A stretch of 64,000 nt of DNA from Phaeosaccion multiseriatum (Eukaryota > Protista > Ochrophyta, other classes): positions 1,798,001 through 1,862,000 of the forward strand of contig OZ218950.1 of assembly GCA_965112735.1 (NCBI GenBank). The letters run 5' to 3'. Below, piece after piece: positions 53,405-64,000 of this stretch (position 1 is its first letter; every line of letters starts with the position of its first letter). The position numbers and the translations under genes were made by a program. The notes beneath the pieces were generated by a model. It was given only the letters and a program-made list of their open reading frames with translations, did no database searches and was not told the origin of the DNA.

Positions 53405-53749
53405 GTGTGTATGTGCGCGTATGTGTGTGTTTGTGTGTGTTTCACTTTGTAATATCTCATCATCTGTACAGCAAGTCCTTGCCTGGCCCTGCCCTCGTAG
53501 GGTCGAAGCCGTACGCAAACAAATAAACCGCCCACATCCTTACTGGGCTCTCGTAAAAGGTTGGCTATAACGCACAGGTCTCCGATACGGGGTGGTGCCT
53601 TGCTCGCTCGCTCAGCGCCCCCTCGGCTGAGTCAGTCATCTATCTATCCGGGACAGCAAAGCATTTGTCATTTTTCGCCCCTCATTTCTTCTTCCTCTTC
53701 TTCTTCTTCGGGCGTCCAAAAACTCTTTCCTCTCTCTAAAGAACTCTCT

Positions 53750-56210
53750 TTAGGTGTACTGGGCTCCGAACTGCAAACAGGCAGTAGACAAGTGTTGGAA
53801 AAGCCAGGGAGGAGACTGGTTCGTCAGGTGAAGGTGAGGGGGACGGACGGCAACAAAGAGACAAGACCCGACCCAGACCCAGACCCATCACGACAGGGAC
53901 ATACACACCAAATGCACCTGTACAGTCTGCACGCCTCCTCACTCCCCTCTTCCCCTCCCCTATTTCCCTCCCTCACTCCCCTCCCTCTTCCCTTCCTCGC
54001 CCCCACCTCCACTCACCATAGCGGTTTGGACGAAGAGTCCAATGATGGCGACCATCGCCAGTCGGCCTGGCAAGTGGTAACATGTTGGGGGGGGGGGATT
54101 AGATAATGAAGACAGGAGATTCATGGAGATTGGACACACACACACACACACAAACCCTTGCTTGCACCACTCCCCAGCTCCCTCCCTTTCGCTACTCTTA
54201 CGCCTCGCCCCCGACCCAGACAAGAACAAAACACAAGTGGCACACACACGAAGCACCAACAACAGCACCAAAGCAGACACTGACACTGACCGTTCTTGAT
54301 CTCCTTGAGTTTGAGCTTGTCCTGCTCTGCCTGGGGCTTTGCGTAGAAGGTTGCTGCTGACTTAGGGTCCTGGGGAACCATGTCCCATGCGCTCTTGTTC
54401 TCGGAGCTGAACATGGCGTTGGTGGCCCTCAGTTCGAAGATGCCAATCGCTGCGAGGAGAATAGTGAGAGAGGGAGGAAGGGAGGGAGAAGGGGAAGGGA
54501 GTGAAAGGGAGGAGCAGGACGGGGAGGAAGGAGGAAGGAGGGAGGGTTAGAAAGGAAGAGAGAGAAGAACACACAAGACTTGATCACGCAGAGCAAAGAG
54601 AGATGGGGATGAAACGTGTACGTGTGTGTGTGACTGTGTTGTTTTGCCTCACCTGCCACGGTCTGTGCGTGTCCCGACAGGGGCTCATCGAGCACGGCCT
54701 GGAAGGGGTTGTTGGTGGTGAGCCAGTCACCGGGGAGGTGGAACTTCTGTACAACGAGGAAGCCCACCACCTATCCGTCCGTGCGTCCGTGCGTTCGTTT
54801 GTTCCGTGGTTGGAGGGAGGGAGGGAGGGAGGAAGGGGGAGGGGGGAGGGGGGAGGGGGGAGGGGAGGGGAGGGAGAGAGCAAGGGGGGGGGGGCAGAAG
54901 AGAGAGCAAGGGGACGAGAACATAAGAGGGTGAGCACCACACGGAAACAAAATATAGGAAACAAAAGGGCAGAGAAGTACCAATACGGGGAGTGCGCCAG
55001 GAAGGGAGACGAAAAATTGCTTCTCTTCCTCCCTTCCCGTGCCCCAAGCAGCCCCTTCAAGTAGCATCCAACCGTCAGCTAGCAATGACTGAAAGTGCCC
55101 AATGCCGTGCAAGAGCTGGCGAACAAACACGGAGCCTAACGAAGAAGAGGGCTTTTTTTTTCAAAACCACTTACCGCAAGCATCGCTACGCGCCCGTGCT
55201 TAAGCTCGGCCGCTGCGATGAGAGAAATACAGCAGAGGGGTGGGCAGTAGAGTGAGCGATTTGGATGAATTTGTTGATGTTGATGTTGATGTTGATGGTG
55301 GTGGTGGTGGTGGTGCTAACAGGCAGGCACTTTACACTTCGCCTCGCTCCACGGCATTGCAAGAACCGCCCCTTTCTCTCACATACAAAGCAACACCCCC
55401 CTCGCGTGCACGCAGCTAGCTGGCCGGCCCGCAGCCCCATTGCCACCACATCATGCCCTCAATCATCAATACAATGCCGTCGAGCAGAGGAGATATTCCG
55501 CTCCACCGCGAGCCAACCATCGTGGAGGGCTAGACCGCGAGCCAACCACCGTGGAGGGGTAGCAATCTGCCGCTATTCCCCCCCCCGTTGCTTTTTACTA
55601 AATAAAAACAAGCTGAGCAAAAACAAGCAGCAAGCATACCCAGCAGGACACGTTCAGCTGAGCAAAGTAAAGCAATTGCTCAAGTCGCAATCGCCCAAGT
55701 CGTTCGCGCATCCTGTGCTCCCTGCTGATACTCTCCAGTTCATGCTCTCCGAAAAAAGCCAACGTGGCGAAATGCCTGCCGGAAGAGTGACCGCCTGGTG
55801 CCACTCTACCACTGTGCATCACCCAACCCTCTCTTCCTATCTTTCTTTCTCTCTTTTGCTCTCTCTCTCTCTCTCTTTGTCCTCGTCCCACTTGCCCTTT
55901 CTTCCTCTCTCTCTCTCATCATGTCATTACAAATTCGGAGTTCCTTCAACTCACCCTGGATGTAGTTCAAATCAAAGGTGTCACTGAATCTAAGAGGGTC
56001 AAATCCTACGTCTCCGATCATTGTCCCGTCCAGCTTAGGGGGCTGCGTAATAAAGGGCAGAGCCTTGCTCATCCCCGGCTTGGCAGCCATCATCCTGGTC
56101 GATGATGCCGGTGAGGAACGAGTAGACACAGAGGGCATCAAGGTGGGCGCCATGAACCCATGGGCTCCGGCAGCCAGCAAAGCAACAGAGGCGACTGCGA
56201 CGGACTTCAT
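53750..56210 (-). CDS. Light-harvesting chlorophyll-binding protein (red-lineage Lhcr-like), plastid-targeted, ~6 exons
   Basis: MKSVAVASVALLAAGAHG-F presequence; SKALPF...PKLDG..GDVGFDPL; AAELKHGRVAMLA; KEIKNG|RLAMVAIIG; probable last exon FGAQYT* (53770-53750, less certain). Confidence 0.9.
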
Positions 56211-56386
56211 TTTCTTGCAAGGAGGTGGGGTAAAGGAATCTCTAAGCTCTCTATGCCCTCTTGTTTTGAAGATCTTTCCGATTTTTGTTTTCAAGCATCA
56301 CGTGGCGAATTTGGAAGCATACGGGTTTGAGTTTCAGTGCCCGCGGGCACTAACTGCCAAGGATCCCCTAAAACAAAACAAAAAAA

Positions 56387-57761
56387 ATGCCGGGCGAGGT
56401 GAAGCATCGGGGAGGCCCCGATCCCTATTGCATCCGCGCAGAGGAGGAGGGGAAGAGCAGAGCAGAGGATCGGCGGAGCTGCCGTGCAGACTTTCATTTC
56501 CTCGCAGAGGAGGAGGGGAAGAGCAGAGCAGAGGATCGGCGGAGCTGCCGTGCAGACTTTCATTTCCTGGGCAAGCTCGGCAGCGGCTCCTTCGGCACTG
56601 TCCACAAGGTGCGTGCTACTTTCCCACTTAAAGAGTGGACAGGACGTGCTACCCTTACATCGTCCTCGAATCGTAGGCCAACATTTCTCTCTCTTTGTCT
56701 CATGTCTCGCTCCCTCGTCCTCGACCGAGCGAAGCGTAGGCAGGCAGTGCTTTTTCCTCGCCAGGGCCTGCCTCGTCTTGTGTGTGTTTCGCTCCAAACC
56801 TGGCTGATGCACCTGCTGCTACTACTACTGCTGCTGCTCAGGTGCTTCGGACGAGGGATGGGCTGGACTATGTCATCAAGACGGTCCGCATCGGCGACTT
56901 GGGCTACAAAGAGCAGCTCGAGGTGCGTCCGTCGGCACAAGCGTCTGCTTCCCTCTCCTACCTACCCATCAAATCTCATCCTCTGAGAATCTCCCTTGTC
57001 CCCGTCCCTATGTCTCCATATTTAATCCATAAGCAGCCTCCATTGTCCTCTTGGTGCTCCAGCCCATTTCTAAGATTGCTACCCCATTCGCACGACTGTG
57101 TAAGTACCCTCAACAAATAACATGCCCAACGTGGCTACAATCCTACAACCTGCACTGCCTCCCGCCCCTCCACTCCCACTTCTGGCTCAGGCCATCAACG
57201 AGGTGACTCTGCTCGCCAAGATGAGAAGTCCCCACGTGGTGCAGTACCTGGACAGCTTCGTCGAGGAAGACGGTGAGTAATGAGTAGCAATGAGTAGAGT
57301 ATAAAGAGAACACAATACTTCAACATATTCAACATTGGCACTGCACTGCCCTTCGACTGGAAAGTCCGGCTTTCTGCCCCGCAGGAAAGGCCTATGAAAA
57401 AAAGAACACAGAGGGAGGAGGCTCCAGGCTCGGACTGCTTTGCGGGGGGGGGGGGGGGTGCGGGTTCAGCGTCCCCTGTGGGGCCCTAGCACTTGACCAA
57501 CCGCACCGGTCCAATCCGATCCGATACAGTGTGAAGAGGAGCACCGGCCAGAGCGTCTGTCTGTCCGGCCAAGACTCACACCTCCTCCTCGACCCTTCCC
57601 TCCCTCCCTCCCTCCCTCCCTCCCTCCCTCCCTCCCTCTTTCCCTCCAGTACTGCATATAGTGATGGAGTTTTGCAATCGAGGGGACCTTGCTCGCCTGC
57701 TGAAGCGATGCAAGGAGGGCTGCTCCTCGTCCAGTGCTAGTGGCAATGCACGTCCGCAGCA

Positions 57762-57796
<35 letters not shown>

Positions 57797-60700
57797 TGGT
57801 GGTACAGAAGCAGCACCACTGCTTGGCAGAGGAAAGGACATGGTCAGTTGCGCTGCAGATCTTGCTGGGGCTGCACTTCATCCACGGGCAGAAGGTGAGC
57901 AGCAAGAGCGAGCCCAAGGAGGAGGGGACACAGAGGGAGAGGAGGGGAGAGGAAAGAGGGCAGAGGAGGGGAGTGGGGGGGAGAGCGGAGAGAAGGAGAG
58001 AAACGAAACGTCCACCCAAACGATACAGTCCGCGATCTTATGACTCTCCACTCATGTGTACTTGGTTTGGCCTCCCCTCCTTCTCGCACCCCCTCCTCCT
58101 CCCCTGCCCCCCTCCTCCCATCCACCGCCAAACCCCCCCTTCCTTTCCGCACGCAGGTACTTCACCGCGACATGAAGGCAGCCAACGTGTTCCTGCACAA
58201 GGACGTGGTGACTGGAGAGCACCTTGTTAAGATTGGGGACCTGGGAGTAGCCAAGCTGCTTGGCACGAGCTCGGCCTTCGCCAACACCGTTGTGGGCACT
58301 CCGTACTACCTCTCGCCGGAACTGTGAGTAGGAGAAGGACGGAGGGAGAGGGAGGGAGGGACGGACGGAGGGAGAGAGGGAGGGAGGGGGGGAGGGGGGG
58401 AGGGAGAGAGGGAGAGGGAGGGAGAGAGGGAGAGAGGGAGGGAGAAAGGGAGAAAGGGAGGGAGGGAGGGAGGGAGGGAGGGAGGGAGGGAGGGAGGGAG
58501 GGAGGGAGGGAGGGAGGGAGGGAGGAAGGAAGGAAGGGAGGGAGGGAGGGAGGGGGTGTAGGATGAATACGAAGGTGGAGAAAGGGGGTGTACTTAGAAT
58601 ATGCCCCTCCTTGCTCTCGGCCTTCTCACCCCACCCCTCCATCGCATCGGATGGGTAGCCTTTCCCTCCTCCTCCCTCATCACCTCATCACCCCTTTTGT
58701 CCCTGTCTATCTCTCTCCCTCCTTCCTTCCCCCCCTTCCTTCCTACCTACCTACCTACCTACCTACCTCCCTCCCTCCCCCTGTCCCTTCCTTCCCCTTC
58801 CCCCTACTCCTGCTGCACTATAGGTGCGAAGACAAGCCTTACAACGCCAAGAGTGACTTGTGGGCGGTAGGTGTGCTGCTCTACGAATGTTGCATGCTCA
58901 GCCACCCCTTCGAGGCAAGCAATCAATGCGCTCTCATTCTCAAGATCATCAAGGGGAAATACCCCGCCATTCCAGAGGTAGGTAGTACTGGGTGACAGGG
59001 GGGGGTGGCGGGGGGGGGTGGGGTTAGTGAAGTTTGGGGAAGAAGGGAAGGGAAGGGGAGAGAGGGGGGGAAGTAGCTACGTGGTAGGTACGTAGGGAGG
59101 GGAGGGAGGAAGTACAAGCAGTTGTATGGGTATGTAGGGGGGGGAGGGGGGAGGCAGGGAGTGCGTGGTGCATGGATAGGTGGGAATGGTAGAATGGTAG
59201 ACGGGTGGATAAAGGGAGTGAGGGAGGGGACCTGACATGACCAGACCTGACGCCTTTCATTCGACCCCCCTCGCTCTCAACACTCGATACTCGATACTCG
59301 ACATTCGACACTTGACACTCGATACTCGATACTCGATACTCGATACGTCGACACCCGATACTCGATACTGATATCGATGCTCGATACTCTATACTCGATA
59401 CTCTATACTCGATACTCGATACTCTATACTCGATACTCGCTGCTCGTCTCTGGAGAGTAGGGCAAGGTCTCCGAACCGCTTCGCCTGCTCGTCAACCTCC
59501 TGCTGCAGAGAGACCCCGACAAGCGGTGAGTTGGAGTTTGAATATGCTAGTTTGCTTGAGTATACTTTCACGCACTGCCCCGCTCATTCACTCCCTCCCT
59601 CCCTCCCTCCCTCTCTCCCTTCCTCCCTCCCTCCCTCCCTCCCTCCCGCCCTCCTCTCCCTGATCTGACCGTCTGATCTCCCCAGGCCCTCTGTGGGGGA
59701 GATGTTCGGCATGCGGGAAGTGCGCCACAGAGCCAAACGTTACCGTCTGAGCCTTCCAGAGGGGGATCCCGGGTGGGAACACGCGCTCGGGAGGGGAGAG
59801 TCGTCTGAGGAGGGCTCACAACAACCACAACGACAACGACCCGACGTATCTCCTCGCGTCCCTACCGCCTCCTCTTCCTCTAGTACACACGGGAGTCCTG
59901 AGGAGGAGGAAGAGGAGGAGGAGGAGGAGGAGGAGGAGGAGGAGGAGGAGGAGGAGGAGGAGGAGGAGGAGGAGGAGGAGGAGGAGGAGGAGGAGGAGGA
60001 GGAGGAGGAGGAGGAGGAGGAGCTAACCCGGCCAGAGAGCAAGAGTGGAGAAGAGGAAGAACATGCTTGTCCAGGAAGTGATGACGGTGGGAGAAGGAGG
60101 AGGAGGAGGAGGAGGAGGAGGAAGTGGGGCGAAGTGGCGAACATGGGGGAGATCGGGGACATCCAAGCTCCAGGCGTGAGCGGAGGAGGAGGGGGGGGGA
60201 GAGGGCGAGGAGGAGGAGGAGGAGGAGGAGGAGGAGGAGGAGGAGGAGGAGGAGGGCGAGGAGGAGAGAGGGCAATCCATGGAGCAGGGGACGGGGGCAG
60301 CAGAGAGAGAGACGGAGCCGCAGTGGGCTGGGCGGAGGAGGGGGGAAGGGGCAGGGGGGAAGCGAGACCAAGAAGGAGATCGAGGCGGAGTACAGCTGCC
60401 CCCTCCGCCTCGTCTTGCTCTCCGAGTAGCGGGTACCTCGGCAAGCAGGATCGGGGCCCTCGCCACCCCTACCAATTCCGTAGCCGTCGCCAAACTCCTG
60501 CCCGCCAGCCTGGGGGAGGAGGAGGTGGAGGGGGAGGAGGAGGAGGACGAGAAGAAGAAGGGCGGGACGGCAGGGGCAATAGGGGAACCAGCAGCACCAG
60601 CAGCAACAGCAGCAACAGCAGCAGCACCAGCAGTAGGATGGTCGACGCCGCCCACATCGGGAATGTGAGAGGCACACGCGTGCGAGGCCCAGGTATGGGG

Positions 60701-63518
60701 TATGGGGTATGTGGTATGTGGTGTGGGGTATGGTATAACTCGTCCAACAACAATGGTATGTCTAACGGCCGAAACTGTCGAAACTGTTGCTGTGTCGTTT
60801 GTGTGCCTCACACATTCCAAGGGGGCATGTCTCGCAACATTCAAGGAGAAAGGCGCAATATCAGCGGCCGAGTGCTTCACCTGCACCGCCAGACGCCGCA
60901 GCAGTTGGTGATACAGCAGCTGGGCCCCGCCGCGAAAAAGAGGGGGGTACAGCAGAGGCCGCCAGCCGTGGCAAGTAGAGCGAAGATGGCAGTGGATGGA
61001 AGCGGAGGAGCGAGGGCTTCCAGCGGAGGAGGAGTAAGGACGGGTTCGCCGTTGCTCTGGCATGGGGCAGGCGAAGACGGTAGTACTACGGGGGGTGCCA
61101 GTGGTGACGCTGCAGTTGGTGATACAGATGCAGATGCAGATACAGCAGTTGGTGATACGGCAGCACCAGCCCATGGCGGTTGCGTTGGTTCCGGGGGTGG
61201 TTACGCCCAGGATATTTTCCATGGGCCGTCCGACCGCCACGAGATGGACCAGCCACACCACCCTCAGCAGTTGGTGACACAGCAGCAGCAGTCGTCAGCA
61301 GCAGGAGGAGGTCATGCGTCCTTGGCGGGCCGGAGTCACGGCACCGAGGGACGAGAGGGAGAGGCTAAGTGGGAAGAGCTGGAGGACGAGGAGGGGACAG
61401 GCAAGAACGACAGCAGGCACGGCCACGGCGGAGTCAGCACAGGTGGTGCCGGTGCAGAGCAAAAGAATGTAGAGTTGGAGCAGGAGGAGAAGGAGGGTGG
61501 TGACGATGACGACCCTGCTGGTCCTGCGAGTGGGAAGGACTTGGCAGACAAGGAAGACGTCAACGGATACGGGTGGGAGGAGAATGTCGACTGCGACGAC
61601 GCTGACAACGACAACGACAACAACAGCGGCAGGAGCAATGCCATGACCGAGTGGAGGGTAAAGGACGACGACAGAAGCAGCGAGGAGCACGGACCTGGCG
61701 CCAGAAGAAGTCGCCAAGACGATCCGCCGTACAACAAACATCAGCAGCAGTTGGTGATACAGCAGCAGCGAGATAGCTTGTCCTCATCCGACGAGTATGG
61801 GGGCACCATCTCCAGCCAGTTCGACGGCTTTATCGACTCAGCCCGGGGGCGGAGAGGAGGAGGAGGAGGAGATGGGGGAGGCTTCAGGTCCGAGGGCTCT
61901 ACTTACTCAGTGGGATCCCGGCAGGAGCAGCAGCAGCGCCGCCAGCAGCAGCGAGAAGCAGGCCATGGTCATGAGGAGGAGGAGGAGGAGGAGGAGGAGC
62001 AAGAGGAGGGAGGGTATTACAGCAGCTCTTCGTGTCTGTCAGCAGCCTCATCACCCCCCCCCCCGTCCCCGGGAGCTGCTGCGGCGGCGAGGCGAGGAGA
62101 CACGCCGGGTGGTCCTGGGCGTGCGCGAGAGGGGATGCTAAGTGAGGGACACGTATCGAGCTCTTGGTCTCTGAAGGAGGAAGGGGAGGAAGGGGAGAGG
62201 GAGGTGTGGCATCGCCAAGAGCCCCGCATGGTGAGCGAAGAGGAGGAGGAGGAGGAGGAGGAGGAGGAGGAGGAGGAGGAGGAGGAGGAGGAGGAGGAGG
62301 AGGAGGAGGAGGAGGAGGAGGAGGAGGAGGAGGAGGAGGAGGAGGAGGAGGAGGAGGAGGAGGAGGAGGAGGAGGAGGAGGAGGAGGAGGAGGAGGAGGA
62401 GGAGGAGGAGGAGGAGGAGGAGGAGGAGGAGGAGGGGGAAGAGGAGGCCGACCACCGCAGGAGAGAGGAGCAAGGAGGGGTGGGAGTAAAGACCGCTGGG
62501 ACTGAGGTGACGCGTGAAGTGGGGAGGGGGCTCCTCCGAGGCTCGAGTTATCGATGGCATGAGGACAGGCAAAGATACGAAGAGAAGGAAGGATCAGGGG
62601 AGGAAGACAACGCAAGTCGCAGCCAATGGAGGGCAGCAGTTGGTGGTACAGCAGCAGCAGGACCCACAAGTGTTGGAGCAAGAGTCGTCGGGCTGGACGG
62701 GAGCAGTGATGTCAGCAGGCGGCTCTCTCGGAGGAGAACCGTCTTCCACCCCGGGGTCAGCGCCGACGGTTTCCACGCCGGGGTGGGGCCTCGGGCCGGC
62801 ACAGACGCCTTCTCCTTCCTCCGAGATGAGAAAGCCAAGATGCGAGCGGCGTCTGCGGGGCCTGGGGTACAAAGAGGGGTGGCGGTTGGTGATACAGACA
62901 GAGCCGGAGCAGGAGGAGCATTGCTGATGGCTTGTACCGGTGAAGAGCACGGCGTGGTGGAGGGGAGGAGCCTGAGGGCAGCAGCTGAGGATGGAGGGAG
63001 CAGAAGAAGAAGAGAAGAGGAGAGGGCGCTGGGGGGCATGGTGGAGCGGCATCGACAGGCATGCCTCCATCGCTTGGGACGGGCCCCGTTTGAGCACGTG
63101 CTAGACTTCATTCGCGACGCAGGAGTGACAGACACCCCCACCGGAGGAGGAGGAGGAGGAGACGCATCGCAGCAGGTAAATGTCTGTCCCGGGCTCCAAG
63201 AGGCAAGACCGATCCGATATCGAATGGTAGACTTTATGGGCCGGCAGAAGAACCCTTCCCCTGACTTAACGACTGCATCCCTCCCCCTTGTTGCAGGAGG
63301 CGCGCCTCGCGGAGCTGCAGAGCTACCTGGTGTCAGAGAGAGGTCTGACGCTGCTGCAAGCGTCTGAGAGCGTCTTCCTCGCGCAGAAACTCATCGCCTT
63401 CGAGCAGGCCCTGCAGGACTGTAGAGGAGGCCGTGGTGGGGGCAAGCAGCAGAAAGACATGGATGTCCAGCATCGTCACCGCCATTTGGAGTGCCACCAC
63501 AGCCCAGTAGTGCAGTGA
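56387..63518 (+). CDS. NIMA-related (NEK) Ser/Thr protein kinase with a very long low-complexity C-terminus
   Basis: LGSGSFG, YVIK, AINEVTLL, IVMEFC, LHRDMKAANVFL, KIGDLGVAKLL, VGTPYYLSPEL|CEDKPYNAKSDLWAVG, HPFEA..QCALILKI. Confidence 0.92.
59281..59438. repeat. Intronic heptamer tandem repeat (ACTCGAT)n
   Basis: Directly visible just upstream of a NEK acceptor site. Confidence 0.9.
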
Positions 63519-63582
63519 TATAATATCATAATATCCAGTACGGTTCATCGGCTCCAGGCGAGGTTTCTCGGGCCCGATAAAG

Positions 63583-63802
63583 CAGAAGCCTGCGGCGGCC
63601 TGCGGCCGAAAGTAAGAAGCCTGCGGCTGGCCTGCGGCCAGAAGCCTGCAGAAAGTAGCGAAAAGCCTGCCAAGTCCCCCATTTTTCTCCCAGCCTGCGA
63701 AGCCTGAAGCCTGACCATGGCCTGCGGCCAGAAGCCTGCGCTGGCCTGCGGCCAGAAGCCCGACGCCAGAAGCCTAAAGCCCGAGAAACCTCGCCTGCGA
63801 GC
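63583..63802. repeat. Cluster of short GCCTGC(GGCC)/AGAAGCC repeats, possibly a DNA-transposon subterminal region
   Basis: More than 10 irregularly spaced GCCTG cores in ~220 bp just downstream of the NEK stop. Confidence 0.6.
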
Positions 63803-64000
63803 CGACGGTTGTTATAAACGGGCGGGCGATGGATTTGAAGTCGAGAGTGCCCTTTGGCGAGTGGTATGTCTATTTTTCAGAGCTTCCTACACTACTTTGA
63901 CAGGGGAGGTGTGGTACCGAAGCAGTCTCGGGACGAACAGCGTCACCTGAAATCGATCAAGCAGCCTTACCGCCCTTCCTGCTTTATACCCCCTGCAGCT

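Noticed and set aside
52961-53535. Short minus-strand ORFs between the Cdc25-like and LHC genes
   Set aside because: No recognisable domain or coherent exon chain; probably 3' UTR or intergenic

Overview
Eukaryotic nuclear DNA from a photosynthetic stramenopile (ochrophyte, possibly a eustigmatophyte; the taxon is inferred from a red-lineage LHC and from signal-peptide+xF plastid presequences). Most ORFs in the supplied track are artefacts of intronic microsatellites. Manual splicing at GT-AG sites gives 12 protein-coding genes in strictly alternating orientation, forming six head-to-head pairs: cathepsin Z-like(-)/ABCC transporter(+), CCB1(-)/RPB6(+), NDUFAF7(-)/NDUFV2(+), intronless PC-esterase/NXPE-like(-)/Nup133-like(+), cyclophilin-SYF2 fusion(-)/Cdc25-like rhodanese(+), and LHC(-)/NEK kinase(+). 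The most notable unexplained structures are: (1) a 2.0-kb non-coding LTR-type element in a cathepsin intron with the hallmarks of tRNA-independent self-priming and a chimeric inverted-LTR end; (2) the 11-mer GTTGGTGATAC, present 11 times exactly across introns and exons, on both strands and in different reading frames; (3) polarised, often mutually complementary simple repeats at intron ends; (4) a 9-nt microexon carrying cyclophilin active-site residues. Exon coordinates were read by eye and may be off by a few bases.
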